DNA of 64,000 nucleotides from Octopus vulgaris (Eukaryota), in assembly GCA_951406725.2 (NCBI GenBank), contig OX597814.1:18352001-18416000 (forward strand). Reading direction: 5' to 3'. Of this stretch, positions 41,801 to 54,864 are shown in pieces. Both the position numbers and the translations under genes were made by a program. The notes under the pieces were generated by a model. It was not told the DNA's origin and ran no database searches. It worked only from the letters and a program-made list of their open reading frames with translations. How positions within the stretch are numbered: the first letter of the stretch is position 1; each line of letters opens with the position of its first letter.

Positions 41801-42671
41801 AAAAGCACATTTTTGGATAAAAAGATAATAGAGACGGCAAAAACGGTTCCAAATGGTCGGAACGCTTTTTATCAAACAATTCAATGAGACCTAATCACTG
41901 AGTGAATATCAAATTAAGGATACTGGGCACGTACAAAGATATAGGAGCCTCCGACCAGCTAGATATAGCAGCTAAGTGTATTCTTTGCTATTTTCATCAA
42001 ACTGGAAGCGAATATATTTATTGATGGCGGAACTCTACACATTTTGTAAAATTTATTGATAATATTGGATACACTTGGTCTTCAAGTCACGCCTTAAAAA
42101 CTGTATTCAAGCAAGTGTTTCCTAAAGTTGCAAACGAAAAAGAAATTGAAGTTACTTTCAATTCTATAAATACGTTCATATAAATATACGTGTTTGTATA
42201 AATGTATATATGCATGTATGTATATAAATAGATATGTATGTGTATCTGTAGGTAGTGTGTGTATATATGCATGTGTGCATATGTGTTCTTGGCTTTCTGG
42301 AGGGTATGTATAAATAAATATATATATATATGTATGAGTATCATGTATTTGCGTATATATATATATATTAATACTTGCATTTACGATTATGTTTTATGAA
42401 ATCGTTTCAATGCAACAATGTGTACAAGCATACAATTAAATAGCTCATTATGTGTATTTATATATTCATACACAAACAAGCAAGCATGTGCACACACACA
42501 CACACCATCACACACTCTTAACACATGTATACAGGCATATATATACGTGCACATATACAAACACAGAGACACAGATGTATATATGTATGTGTGTGTGATG
42601 TACACATGTACCCATACATATGTTATGTGGCACTCAACAGCACATTATAACTAGCACACACACACGCGCGC

Positions 42672-42702
<31 letters not shown>

Positions 42703-43405
42703 TGTATGTATGTATGTATGTATGTATGTATGTATGTATGTATGGCAATACATTTCCTAGAATTGCTATTGCTAACCACATACATGTTCTAGATAATCTG
42801 TTTCATTAAATTATCTTAAGGAGAATCTACTTAGAATTCAATTTATGATTTCCAAATCCTCTTCATAAATACCTTATTTTATTTGCTAATTCATTTCTTT
42901 TTGCTCTATTTTTCCCAGATAATTTTTTCTAGTGCTTGTCTATATATGCGATAGAGTGTACGGTGAGATTATATGTATATGTTTACACGTTTTGTTTGTG
43001 AGTGCAAGTGTGTGTTTATATATACATGTTTATATATTTGTGTACGTGTGTGAGCGTGTTTTTACGTTTATGCATTCTGTTTCGTAACAACCTTACATAC
43101 ATCCCACCAGCTAATATTTTATACGACAATTGATTTATCGACTATACATCCCTTTAGTCCATCACAGTATTAAACGAGAAACGAAGAGAATACTACACGT
43201 TTCCCCGTGTTATATTATAATGTATTATATTTCCTGATGGAAAGATAATTGCAATTCCATATTTAGACATATTTCTTTTTATATGGTATGAACGTATCTA
43301 CATGTGTACGTACGTGTAAGTGTGTTTTATATATATAGATACATAGATAGATATTTATGTATGTATATATATGTTTGTATGTATATGTGCATGTTTTTAT
43401 ATGTA

Positions 43406-43474
43406 TAAAGAAAAAGAGTGAGCGAAAGAGTGATAGGAAGATATACATACATACATACATTTGTGTGTGCATTC

Positions 43475-43507
<33 letters not shown>

Positions 43508-43533
43508 AATGCATATATACATATATGTGTGTA

Positions 43534-43575
<42 letters not shown>

Positions 43576-43911
43576 ATGTAGGCATATAATATATATATGT
43601 ATATATGTGTATATGTATATGAATGAGCCTGTGTGTACCATTTTCTTGATATGCTTTCGATACTTTTTTTTAATTTTCTTTTTCTATCACAATTCTGGCG
43701 AATCATTCTAGAAATTACTTCTGCCTTTTCTTTGATTGTGTTTTTCTTTTAAATTATATATTTGTTCCTCCCTCTTACACCTCTGCATCTCTTAGGCGTT
43801 TTTGTTTTTACCGATTTATTATTTTTGTGTGTTTTGCTATGCCTGTATATTTCGTATTATTTTGCATGGATTATGCTGAAATACTTTAGCGTATAAGACT
43901 CGTTTTGTTGG
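43406..43911 (+). repeat. Copy 1 of a ~500-bp local direct duplication
   Basis: Nearly identical to 45958-46478 except for microsatellite lengths and a few substitutions. Confidence 0.93.
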
Positions 43912-45153
43912 TCTTTAAAGAAAATAGGAAAATTTCTTTTATATATTTTATTCATGTCTTCGTTTATATGTTTTCTAAAATAAATAAAAAATATATATAA
44001 AGAGAAAACAAAAGATTGAATACTGACGATCGTTTTCGCTTAAGCTGATTACAGTCGAGTAAAGGACTATTAAAGAAACGGTTTTGCGAATATTTTTTGA
44101 TTTGTTGCAGCATGGTTTCCAATGAAAAGATTATTCTTCATTGTAAATCTATTAAGATGATAATATATTTTGGACGCCATTTTCAAAATAAAGAAAATGT
44201 CATCCATGTATTTAGATAGATTACTCTAGTGAAATAAATTTTAAAATAAACAAATATTTTTATGTAATATTTACTACAGTTGTAAGATAATCCCTCGATG
44301 AAACAAATTTTGATATTCTATCTGTTGTGAATGTATGTATGTGAATTTTTTTTCTTGAGGTATATATTTTTGTCATGCGTGTGTCAACAAGAAGCAACTG
44401 CATATAATGTTTCCTAATTCTCAAGGACTTTGGAATTCCCTGAATAAGGAATATTAAAATGTTTCGGGGTATTTTGAGTTGAGTACATCATGGAACTCAC
44501 TCCATAGAAATGTGACAGTGTTGCTATTTATGATATGGCTCTTTGCCTCAGGTCGGTCCTTGTTGAGCAGTCATATGTGAAAAAAAATCTTTCTCGTCGT
44601 AAACATGTATAACATCTTCATAAATACTTTATCTATACAATACAAATAGAAACAAATTTCAAGGAACCTAACACATTACGCAGTTTTCTTCAATGTTTAT
44701 CCTTTATTAGTTTCAAACTACAGCTATCAAACAATGCTGAACATTATCACCGTCAGGTGTTCGAAATAGCGTTAAAAAAATTTCCTGATGCTGACTAAGG
44801 GAAGTAATTTCTTTATAACTAATTTTACTATCACGTTTGTTCATGCAAAGATTTTTTCTCCTACATTTCGAGTAAACTCTTATAAAACATTCGATTTTCT
44901 TTGTTTTTAAATTTTCCCTGTGAAATCATTTGCTCTTTCTCCTATCTTTCTCTCTCACTCTTTCTTTTCTCTGTTTCTTTTTCTTACTTTCTTCCTTTCC
45001 CCCCCTCTTTTACATTCTCTTCCCCTATCTCTCTCCTTCCCTCCCTCTATCTCTTCATTTGTTTCTATCACCCTCTTATCTATATTTTACGAGTTTCCGT
45101 CTGTCTTTGATTTTTTAAAATTCTTTACTCAATACTGAGTTTTACACAATCAC

Positions 45154-45366
45154 ACTCTCTTTTACTCTTTTACTTGTTTCAGTCATTTGACTGCGGCCAT
45201 GCTGGAGCACCGCCTTTAGTCGAGCAAATCGACCCCGGGACTTATTCTTTGTAAGCCCAGTAGTTATTCTATCGGTCTCTTTTTGCCGAACCGCTAAGTG
45301 ACGGGGACGTAAACACACCAGCATTGGTTGTCAAGCAATGCTAGGGGGACAAACACAGACATACAA

Positions 45367-45409
<43 letters not shown>

Positions 45410-45575
45410 TACGACAGGCTTCTTTCAGTTTCCGTCTACCAAATCCACTCACAAGGCATTGGTCGACCCGGGGCTATAGTAGAAGACACTCGACCAAGAT
45501 GCCACGCAGTGGGACTGAACCCGGAACCATGTGGTTGGTTAGCAAGCTACTTACCACACAGCCACTCCTGCGCCT
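45154..45575 (-). mobile_element. SINE family A, full length
   Basis: Colinear with 447-863. Confidence 0.92.
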
Positions 45576-45957
45576 ATATTTCTGTGTAAATAATTGCGTA
45601 TGGGTTTTTGTGCGTGTGTGTGTGTGTGCGTTGAATAAATTATTTAAGGGTAACTTGGCGTCCAAGTCAAATCAATATTGTCAAGTCAGCTTAATTCACC
45701 AAATGAATTCTGTCCCATTATCAGTAATCAAACATGCCAATCGAACTCGATTTCTTTAGCAAGGGTCTCCATATCGAGGGGTTTCAAACCCTATGAACTT
45801 AGCCCTAGACTGATCATTTATACTTTTAAACTACTCAATGTCAGTGCTCATATTTGTCCCACGTCTTCCTAATAACGGCATTTCTTCTGAGTACAAATGC
45901 TACCGGGTTCGACTTTGCCTGTCATCGATCCGTCTCGATAAATTATTTAAGGGTAAA

Positions 45958-46030
45958 TAAAGAAAAAGAGTGAGCGAAAGAGTGATAGAAAGATATACAT
46001 ACATACATACATACATTTGTGTGTGCATTC

Positions 46031-46065
<35 letters not shown>

Positions 46066-46098
46066 AATATATAAACTCATATATACATATATGTGTGT

Positions 46099-46138
<40 letters not shown>

Positions 46139-46478
46139 GTATGTATGTATATAATATATATATGTATATATGTGTATATGTATATGAATGAGCCTGTGTG
46201 TACCATTTTCTTGATATGCTTTCGATACTTTTTTTTAAATTTTCTTTTTCTATCACAATTCTGGCGAATCATTCTAGAAATTACTTCTGCCTTTTCTTTG
46301 ATTGTGTTTTTCTTTTAAATTATATATTTGTTCCTCCCTCTTACACCTCTGCATCTCTTAGGCTTTTTTTGTTTTTACCGATTTATTATTTTTGTGTGTT
46401 TTGCTATGCCTGTATATTTCGTATTATTTTGCATGGATTATGCTGAAATACTTTAGCGTATAAGACTCGTTTTGTTGG
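45958..46478 (+). repeat. Copy 2 of the ~500-bp duplication, interrupting a degenerate family C SINE
   Basis: Family C remnant GACTTTGCCTGTCATC before it and GATGTCATCGATTTA...CAAATTGCTGGC after it. Confidence 0.9.
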
Positions 46479-46924
46479 AAGTCTAACAATGTGGTTGATG
46501 TCATCGATTTATTCTTCCCCCAAATTGCTGGCATTGGGCCAACATTTTAAGCCAATATTTCTTTCATATTTTCTGCTTATTCAACCTATTTCTGTCCGAG
46601 TAGGCCTTCTAAATCTACCTTCAGAAGACATAGCATATATTTTTCATTAGCAATATTCTTCATTTAACGAGTTAAAGGGACACAATATAATTTTAACATT
46701 TTATCTTTTCTTCCCATACACTTTTCCCTATTTCTTCTCGCATTTCCTCATGGAATACTCATATCATTTGAACCTTAACGATAGCTGTATTGAACACATC
46801 ACGCTATACAAGCTTGTCTGGATACAACCCTATCCAGCAAGAATTTTGAAATATTCAAGTCACTTCTGTATCTATTAACTTCTGTATCTATTGAATACTG
46901 TTTGCTTATCCTACCAACAAGTGA

Positions 46925-47113
46925 CAAGTGTGTATGTGAGAGAGAGAGAGAGAGAGAGAGTGTGTGTGTGTGTGTGTGTGTGTGTGAGTGTGTGTGTGTG
47001 TCTGTGTGATTCTGTGTGTCTGTGTCTCCACGTATTTCACCATGTGTATATGTGTGTACGTGTATGTATATATATATATACTTACTTGAAAATGGATGCG
47101 TGGCGTTCAATAA

Positions 47114-47169
<56 letters not shown>

Positions 47170-47220
47170 TAAATAAAATATATATATAGGATATATACAT
47201 ATATGTACTGACATATATAT
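46925..47220 (+). repeat. Older local duplication; partner at about 48031-48225
   Basis: Both copies share CAAGTGTGTATGTG...GTATTTCA...AATGGATGCGT(G/T)GCGTTCAAT...ATATATAGG. Confidence 0.8.
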
Positions 47221-47714
47221 ATGTATATGAGTACGTCACAAAGCGTAAACAACATGAAATACGAAAACATGAAATCCGAAATACTAAAAACAACAAGAAA
47301 TACGAAGACAAACTTTTTGCGAACACCGAGAGAAACAAATGGAAAACAAGACAAGTAACATAAAGATCGACCCTTTATCAGTTGTCGGTTGTTTATCTAC
47401 TCCACATATGTGCCTTCAAATAATAGTTGCTCCCGGAAACTAAAATAAAATTTGGGATTTTGCGGAGGATCAAAGCTGGTAGCAAAAACAGGACAGTGAA
47501 ACAAATAGTGAGGGCTGCTAAGCCAGACGGAGTAAGGTGGGCGAACGCTGAGGAACATTCTTTGACAGGAGAAAAGAGAGGAGAGGAGAGGAGACAGACA
47601 AGAATACGACTGGTCTGTGCAACAGACCGGAATCAAAGAAGGATGAAAACGTTTGGAAAAAGAAAGATGATCGATGGTCACGTGTAAGCAATGAGAGAGT
47701 AAAGGAGGAAGAGA

Positions 47715-47755
<41 letters not shown>

Positions 47756-48333
47756 AGGGACAGATCGAAAACGGTGAAGGGGAGAAAAAATATTTAGAGA
47801 AAAGAAGAGAATATATATATATAAACATGAAATGCTACTTCTAACAATTTGCTGCTAATTAAAAAAAAAACAACTTAACATTTACTCACTCAACTGTGTT
47901 TGTCATTATGCAGCAATAATATATTGACCTGTGGTCTCTCTTACAGATAACTGTGAAATGAAAAGTTTCTTAATTCTTCCAGAAAGAGACTTTAAAAAGG
48001 GGTTTTCCTACATATTTATTCATATTTATTCAAGTGTGTATGTGTGTGAGAGAGAGAGTGTGTGTGTGTCTGTGTCTCTATGTATTTCAATATGTGTGTA
48101 TGTGTGTACGTGCATGTATATATATATACTTATTTGTAAATGGATGCGTTGCGTTCAATTATAATAATTAAATAAAAAAACAAAATATATATAGGCATAT
48201 ATACATACTAACATATATATATATATATATATATATAACCTTTATTTCACGAATATTTCAATCATATCTATGCACATTACACACACGCGCGCGCGCACAC
48301 ACACACATACACACACACATACACACGCACATA

Positions 48334-49929
48334 CAGTGGCGGCCAAAATGTTCAGAACGGCATTGTTTTCGTTAGAAAAGTAGATATAATTTTTTATCAA
48401 AATTGTTTTATATTCTATAATTTTCACAGACAATAAATACGACATCTTTTGTTATGGCCTGAGATTTTGGTGTAATTTTAGAGGATAATACAAAAGTTAT
48501 GGATGATTTAGTGATTTACTGCAAAATCCATGGCGGCCAAAATGATCAGAACGGTTGCTATTACTCCGTGTTTTAGTATATTTAACCGGCGAACTCTAAT
48601 GTTTTGAATTTGTTTACGTGACGGTTCGTTTACTAAACATTAATAAGAATATTTGCAGTGTACTTTGTTAATATAATGCCACTGACTCCGTTACCAATTC
48701 GTCAGCAGATTATTAAGCTTCGAAGGAAGGATAATTTAAGTATTGGATCTATTGCAAAGATTGTTAACAAGTTAAAAAGTGTTGTACACGGTATTCTTAA
48801 GGTCTACGATGATTGTGGTTCGTGTGAAGCAAGAAGGCTTACAGATAGGCCACGAAAAACGACCAAGAGAGAAGATCGTGGTTAAAAGAAGTTGGTTAAA
48901 AAGGACAGATTCAAAACTGCTACTGCTGTTTCTCGGAAAATGAGCATTGTATTGAAGAAAACTTTATCTCGAAAAACTGCGTCTCGTCGTTTAGTTGAAC
49001 ATGACCTACAAGCAAGAGTACCTGCAGTGAAGCCACTGATCAGCTCCAAAAATAAAAAGTGTCGTCTTACCTTTGCAACCGAACATGTGTTGTGGTCTCA
49101 AGAAAAATGGCAAACGGTGCATTTCAGTGATGAATCTAAGTTTATGTTATTTGGCTCAGATGGAAAAATGTACGTTCGTAGAAAAGTAGGTGAAAAATTG
49201 TCGCCTAAATGCCTTAAGACTAGTGTTAAATTCATGGTTTGGGGGATGATATCTGGAGATGGTGTGGGCCCTTTGGTGCGATTACATGGAAAGGTAAATG
49301 CAGGAGTTTATAAACAACTTGTAAAAGATCATGTCTTGCCTGTGCTGAGAAATTCAACTAAGTGACCACCTATATTCATGCAGGACAATGCTCCATGTCA
49401 CAAGGCTAAGGTGGCCATGAACTTCCTCAAGGCTGAAAAGGTTATTGTTATGGATTGGCCTGCTCAAAGCCCAGATCTCAATCCTATTGAAAATGTATGG
49501 AATATTCTAGGATAACGTTCGAAAGCCAGAAATCCTAAAACAACTGAGCAAGTATGGAATGCCCTTCAGGAAGAATGGAATAAGATCACCCAGCAAGGAA
49601 TTGAAAATTTAATTTCCTCATGCAGTCGAAGATGTCAGAGTGTGAGTGAAGCTAAAAGGTTTCACACTAAATATTAAATAGTTCCAGTATTCTCTGTCAT
49701 TTTTGATTATTTTGTTATTTTTTCAACCGTTCTGATCATTTTAGCCGCCATGGGCTTTGCAGTAAATCACTAAATCATTCATAACTTTTGTATTATTCTC
49801 TCAAATCACACCAAAATCTCAGACAGTATTTATTTTCTGTGAAAATTATACAATATAAAACAACTTTGATAAAAGCTTATACTTACTCTTCTGACGAAAA
49901 CAATGCTGTTCTGAACATTTTGGCCGCAA

Positions 49930-49932
<3 letters not shown>
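48334..49932 (+). mobile_element. Near full-length Tc1-family transposon with long IR/DR termini and TA target duplication
   Basis: TA|CAGTGG...CAACTG|TA; TIRs at 48334-48557 and 49724-49932, each with outer and inner direct repeats GCGGC(C/T)AAAATG(T/A)TCAGAAC. Confidence 0.95.
48676..49677 (+). pseudogene. Tc1 DD34E transposase with 3 in-frame stops and no frameshift
   Basis: One frame: paired-type HTH, RPRKTT, VHFSDESKF, MVWG, FMQDNAPCH, WPAQSPDLNPIENVW, HTKY*. Stops at 48883, 49363 and 49513; the usual GGGSV before MVWG is missing. Confidence 0.95.
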
Positions 49933-50016
<84 letters not shown>

Positions 50017-51150
50017 GATATAATTGAAATATTCGGGAAATAAAGGTCTCAGCAATTTAGTACTTGTAGATCTCCCGTATCTGCCTGCTGGCTACGATTT
50101 TGTCCGTCTTATAAGAGGTAACTACCCAATCTTTTTCTGCTGTTCTCACAACTATATTGCATTCAAAATTTACTTTCTTGTCTGTAAATGTCCAACACAT
50201 TCGACCTTTCAATGCTTGTTTATATTATATATATATTATGAAATATTCAGTATTCAATTATTGATCAACATTAACGATAATCAACTTGCTTGTTGCCGTA
50301 TCTTTTATAAATGACACCCAAATTCATGAAATAACATCAATAAATATTTCAATAAAAAAAATGACTGATGCATTTTCCCCCGTTTTTCTTATATATCGTC
50401 ACGCTGCTCCTTTACTCGACTCTTATTACGCAACGGTAGAATGTATCTCAGTTTAACGACTGAACAGGCTTTACCCTATGATAATAGTGGTGTCTGTGCA
50501 TGTGTAAGATTAATAGATATGAATATGCATATAAAAACACAAGGAAATATGCATGCGTATAAGTTCCATCGCATTTATATATTTCATGTTGTATTATACT
50601 TGGTTTAAAAACCGTTAACATGTCTCAACTTGGTTTCCTTCCTTTGTCACATTTTCATAATTCTCAGCTTCTGTATTCTGCGATATACAAATAGAGAGAC
50701 AGATTCAGCAAATAATGTTGCGGAAGACGCAAGGATATATGTGTATTTACAAATGAGAAAGAGAAAGAAGTCAAAGGAAATAGACAAAAATAGATAGAAG
50801 GAAAGAGAGGAAGGAAGAAATAAACAAAAAGAGTACTCTCCCAATTTTACATATATAACGTCGTCATGTCATATTTTAGGGATATCTATCTTTTTTACGA
50901 GCTATACAATTGTCATATGTTCACACTCAGCTATGTCTAAATTGATGTTTTATACACGCACATGCAGCAGCAACGGGAACAAGGCACGTATGTAAATTTA
51001 CATGTGTATATGTATATATATATATATGTGTGTATGTTTGTGTATGCCTGTGTCTACATATATAAACATGAATACACACACACATGCATGATCAGACTAC
51101 AGTGAGGCTGGTGTTCTGTATCGGCAGTAAACTTGCCGGAAGGATTATCA

Positions 51151-51320
51151 AATCCAACGTTTTGGATGTAGCACTTTTTCAATGTTAAATCGAAAGGAGT
51201 AAAATTAATGAGATGTAAATTCTGATATCATACGTTAAAATTTCTCTCCTTTTTAAATTCTCTATGAAGAAGGACTCTTTCAGAAACGTTGGATTATCTT
51301 CTCCTAACGGTAATTTTATA
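51151..51320. mobile_element. Possible Penelope-like pseudo-LTR remnant with two inverted degenerate hammerhead-like motifs
   Basis: Plus strand ATGAAGAAGGACTCTTTCAGAAACGTTGGATT (51264-51295); minus strand TTGAAAAAGTGCTACATCCAAAACGTTGGATT (51151-51182). Confidence 0.35.
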
Positions 51321-51321
51321 T

Positions 51322-51379
<58 letters not shown>

Positions 51380-51448
51380 CATATATGTACATACATATAC
51401 ATATATGTATATGTACGTATGTATATATATAAATGCATATATATATAT

Positions 51449-51800
51449 AAACTTAGACTTAGATAAACTTAGATGTTTCGACCAAATAGTGGTCCAGGCC
51501 ATGTCTAACTTAATCGTACCACTTGATAGGATTATCTAAATCCCTTTTAAGTCAAGTTTTGTGGTACCATTGTCCATGCAAGTAGTGAGTTCTTGTTGAG
51601 TGGATTGTATCCAGGTATTGGTGGCTTATCTGGTATTCCTTGAAGAAATTTGTCCAGACTCCGTTTAAAGGTGGTGGGATCCTTTTCCTCTTCGATCAGT
51701 TTTGGGACAATGTTAAACAGGGCAGGCCCTGTTGAGGAAAAGAAATTGCGTTGCAGTGTACCTAAATATTGTGATCCTGAATTGGGCAGGGGACGTATAT
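51449..51800 (-). mobile_element. Short 3' fragment of the same CR1-like LINE family as 26901-28692
   Basis: RNFFSSTGPALFNIVPK...DKPPIPGYNPLNKNSLL and a matching 3' UTR and tail. Confidence 0.9.
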
Positions 51801-51815
51801 CTATCGAAGGCATCC

Positions 51816-51850
<35 letters not shown>

Positions 51851-51870
51851 AGCATACACATATACATATA

Positions 51871-51928
<58 letters not shown>

Positions 51929-52299
51929 GTGTGTGTTGATATTACGTTACAAATGCCCACGTATCTTTACACACACATTTGGACGCACGTAAATTTACTG
52001 AGAATGACACGCATGTCGCTCAAACGATTTCGCAATTCGCATTCAAAATTCAAAATTCAAAATAAAAAATTATCGAAAGCCATTCCTGTTACTAGCAAGC
52101 CGGTCTTTACGACTTTCATCATGACTTTTGCTTGATCAGACGTCGACTTCCTATTACCTATTTTACTAGATGTATATTTGTTATGTCATTTATTAATTTA
52201 TTGGTTGTTTGGTTTAGCTAATCTCACTGTATTGTGCTCTTTTTATCCTTATGACACTATACTAATGGCTGCTAATAATTAACCCCATCATTTATCGCT

Positions 52300-52900
52300 C
52301 TGTTGGATCGCTATTCCAGCGTGTATAGCCTTTCCGCACTGAATAAGATGCGTTCAGTTTCCAGTAACTGTCTCCTTGCCTATGAATCCCACCTACGTCG
52401 TAGCCGACCAGATTAAATTTTGTACATGCTATTTTTCTTTGCCCCGGGCCAATGAATACTCTAGTTAAGAGGGAGTTAGTTGATACGCTTTAATTACTCC
52501 ATTTCCAGAATAATCTCTTGGAAACGTCTTAGCAGTTTTGCTGCGTGGTTATACCTATTCTCCTTTGTGTTAACTACACAACTTTCACCGTGTGTGCACG
52601 ATATAATTCCAGTTTCCCACAAGTACAAGGGACCGGGATCCCTCAGCAAAACGTCCAAATACCTTAAGAACTGCATATATTGTAACCTCTGTTGTGGTAT
52701 GGATGGGCACCTGTCTCAACAGTCTTATTTCGCTACTTCCCGCAATCTGCATCAACAGCATAGCACCACGTCTTGGAAGTCTGTATATTTTTCGTTCTCG
52801 AAACATTTACGGTGCAATACTGATATCCAGGTACAAGCTATCTTCATTCCATTTACAAGCAACCGGCATTCCACATACATTCATACACAGCACTGTAAGT
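52300..52900 (-). pseudogene. Degraded APE endonuclease of a Tx1/L1-type LINE
   Basis: Minus strand reads CMNVCGM (NVxG motif), SRSLVLVGNWN (GDxN motif) and LLRRFQ, with many stops and frameshifts. Confidence 0.55.
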
Positions 52901-53122
52901 ATAGACACATTGGAGAAAATAAAGACGGAGAGGATAATCATCTCGTACTCTTCGAGAGAATAATTTTGAAGTACTCAACGATAGTCTTCTGGCAACCTTT
53001 TATCCAGAAATTCCAACACTTGATGAGAATTTACTTCGCTATGGCTAGTAATCGTCTTGAAATCTTTTTGCAATGAATTTCTCAAAATCCGTCACGTTTC
53101 TTTTTATTTTATTTATCAAATA

Positions 53123-53489
53123 CTTGCAGTATCGCCCGGCGTTGCTCGGGTTTGTTTCGACACCTTTAGAATTGGAATTTTTGGAAGGTAAAAAATTTGC
53201 ATTAAGTAGCTTGTTATTCTCTTTAAGTAAACATTTTTTCTGGTTGAAATACACCGAAAAATGGTGACACAGCAGTCAAAAAATCGTAAAAAATAGGGAT
53301 TTTCATAGAAAAAAAGCACCTTTTTGATGTAAATAATTTTTGATGTTAATATGGTCCGATTTGAATTGTTTTCTTCTACGGAAGGAAGAGCAAGCCTTCT
53401 TTTATCATACTCTCGATTCTTGTCAATCGAAGATAAGAAGATAGTGTTAGTTGAAGGCTACAAAACCTGCCATACACAGACAACTTCAG

Positions 53490-53500
<11 letters not shown>
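53123..53500 (-). mobile_element. Non-autonomous Helitron
   Basis: Minus strand starts in TATATATAAGGCTGAAGTTGTCTGTGT and ends with hairpin CCCGAGC-AAC-GCCGGG 8 nt before CAAG|T (CTAG-like); no TSD. Confidence 0.72.
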
Positions 53501-53546
<46 letters not shown>

Positions 53547-54010
53547 TATATATTAATATACGTATTCCTATTAGCCACTGTATTTCGTTCCGCTTAGGAA
53601 GGTGAAGTCGATTGAATTTACTCTGTGTGTGTGTGTGCATGTGTGTGCGCGCGCGCTTGAGAGAGTGTAGATGTGTGTTTGTTTTCCCTGTATTTGGAAT
53701 TTTGTAGTGGTATTTGATGATTTGCTATAGTTGCGTTTGCGTATTATCCAGTATCGGTACGGTTGTAAGTTCGGCTGTTGTTGTGAGTGGGTGTACATTG
53801 AAAATTTTTCCCTTGTAATTCTTGATGTTGTGTTGGTCTATGAGCTGGTGGATGACTCGTTTACATTTTATGAGCTGGTGGATGACTCGTTACTTTTTAT
53901 AAATATTTCGTTCCGTCCACTTTTCTGCTTTAATGCTTCCATATATGATTGAACACATATAAATAGATAGATAGGTAGATTGATAGATATTTATATACAC
54001 ATACACATAC

Positions 54011-54050
<40 letters not shown>

Positions 54051-54058
<8 letters not shown>

Positions 54059-54216
54059 AGTCGAGACAAAACCATATTTTAAAACCAAACAGGAAAATAA
54101 ACATAAAATTTAAATATAAATTAAATAATTATTTAATTTATATTAAAATTTTATGTATTGATTAAGTCATTCCTTGTTTGGTTTTAAAATAGTGGTTTTG
54201 TCTCGAATTATATTAT
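54051..54216. repeat. Near-perfect ~165-bp palindrome
   Basis: Outer arms TCGAGACAAAACCATATTTTAAAACCAAACA and TGTTTGGTTTTAAAATAGTGGTTTTGTCTCGA; inner spacer-less palindrome centred at 54128/54129. Confidence 0.88.
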
Positions 54217-54282
54217 ATAATATTTTACTATAAAATTGGATTTAACCCTAAATCTGATTTTTCTCTGTAATTTTGGATATAA

Positions 54283-54326
<44 letters not shown>

Positions 54327-54334
54327 GGAGAGAG

Positions 54335-54398
<64 letters not shown>

Positions 54399-54402
54399 CT
54401 AT

Positions 54403-54497
<95 letters not shown>

Positions 54498-54864
54498 CGA
54501 TATGCATGTATGTATATTGATTGCCTCTCTGATGACATGCTGCTATATCCCAAGTTTTTCCTCGTTTTCTACCTCATTTAACGAGAAATCGAGGGTGTAA
54601 CGTGCCAGCCTGTTAATGCATGTGAGTGTTTCTCTTTCCTGTGTCTAAATCTTTTTGTAAAGAGGAAGGTACTCTAATGACACTTCCTTTCTTCGAGGTA
54701 AATCTTGTTGTTGTTGTTGTTGTTGTTGCTTTTACTGTCATGGCAGAATTGCAGTGGAAGGTTAGTTTCCTTAACGCCAGGACAATGGAACATCTGAGAC
54801 TATTGCTACGATAAAAATAACACTTAGCGTTTTTTTTTGTTTTCAAACTCATCCACAAATATTA

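Noticed and set aside
47367-47395. CCCTTTATCAGTT resemblance to the miR-184 complement
   Set aside because: No mature miR-184 arm and no precursor-length hairpin nearby.
52480-53076. 198-aa plus-strand ORF
   Set aside because: It has a non-ATG start and no recognisable domain, and is antisense to a degraded LINE endonuclease.
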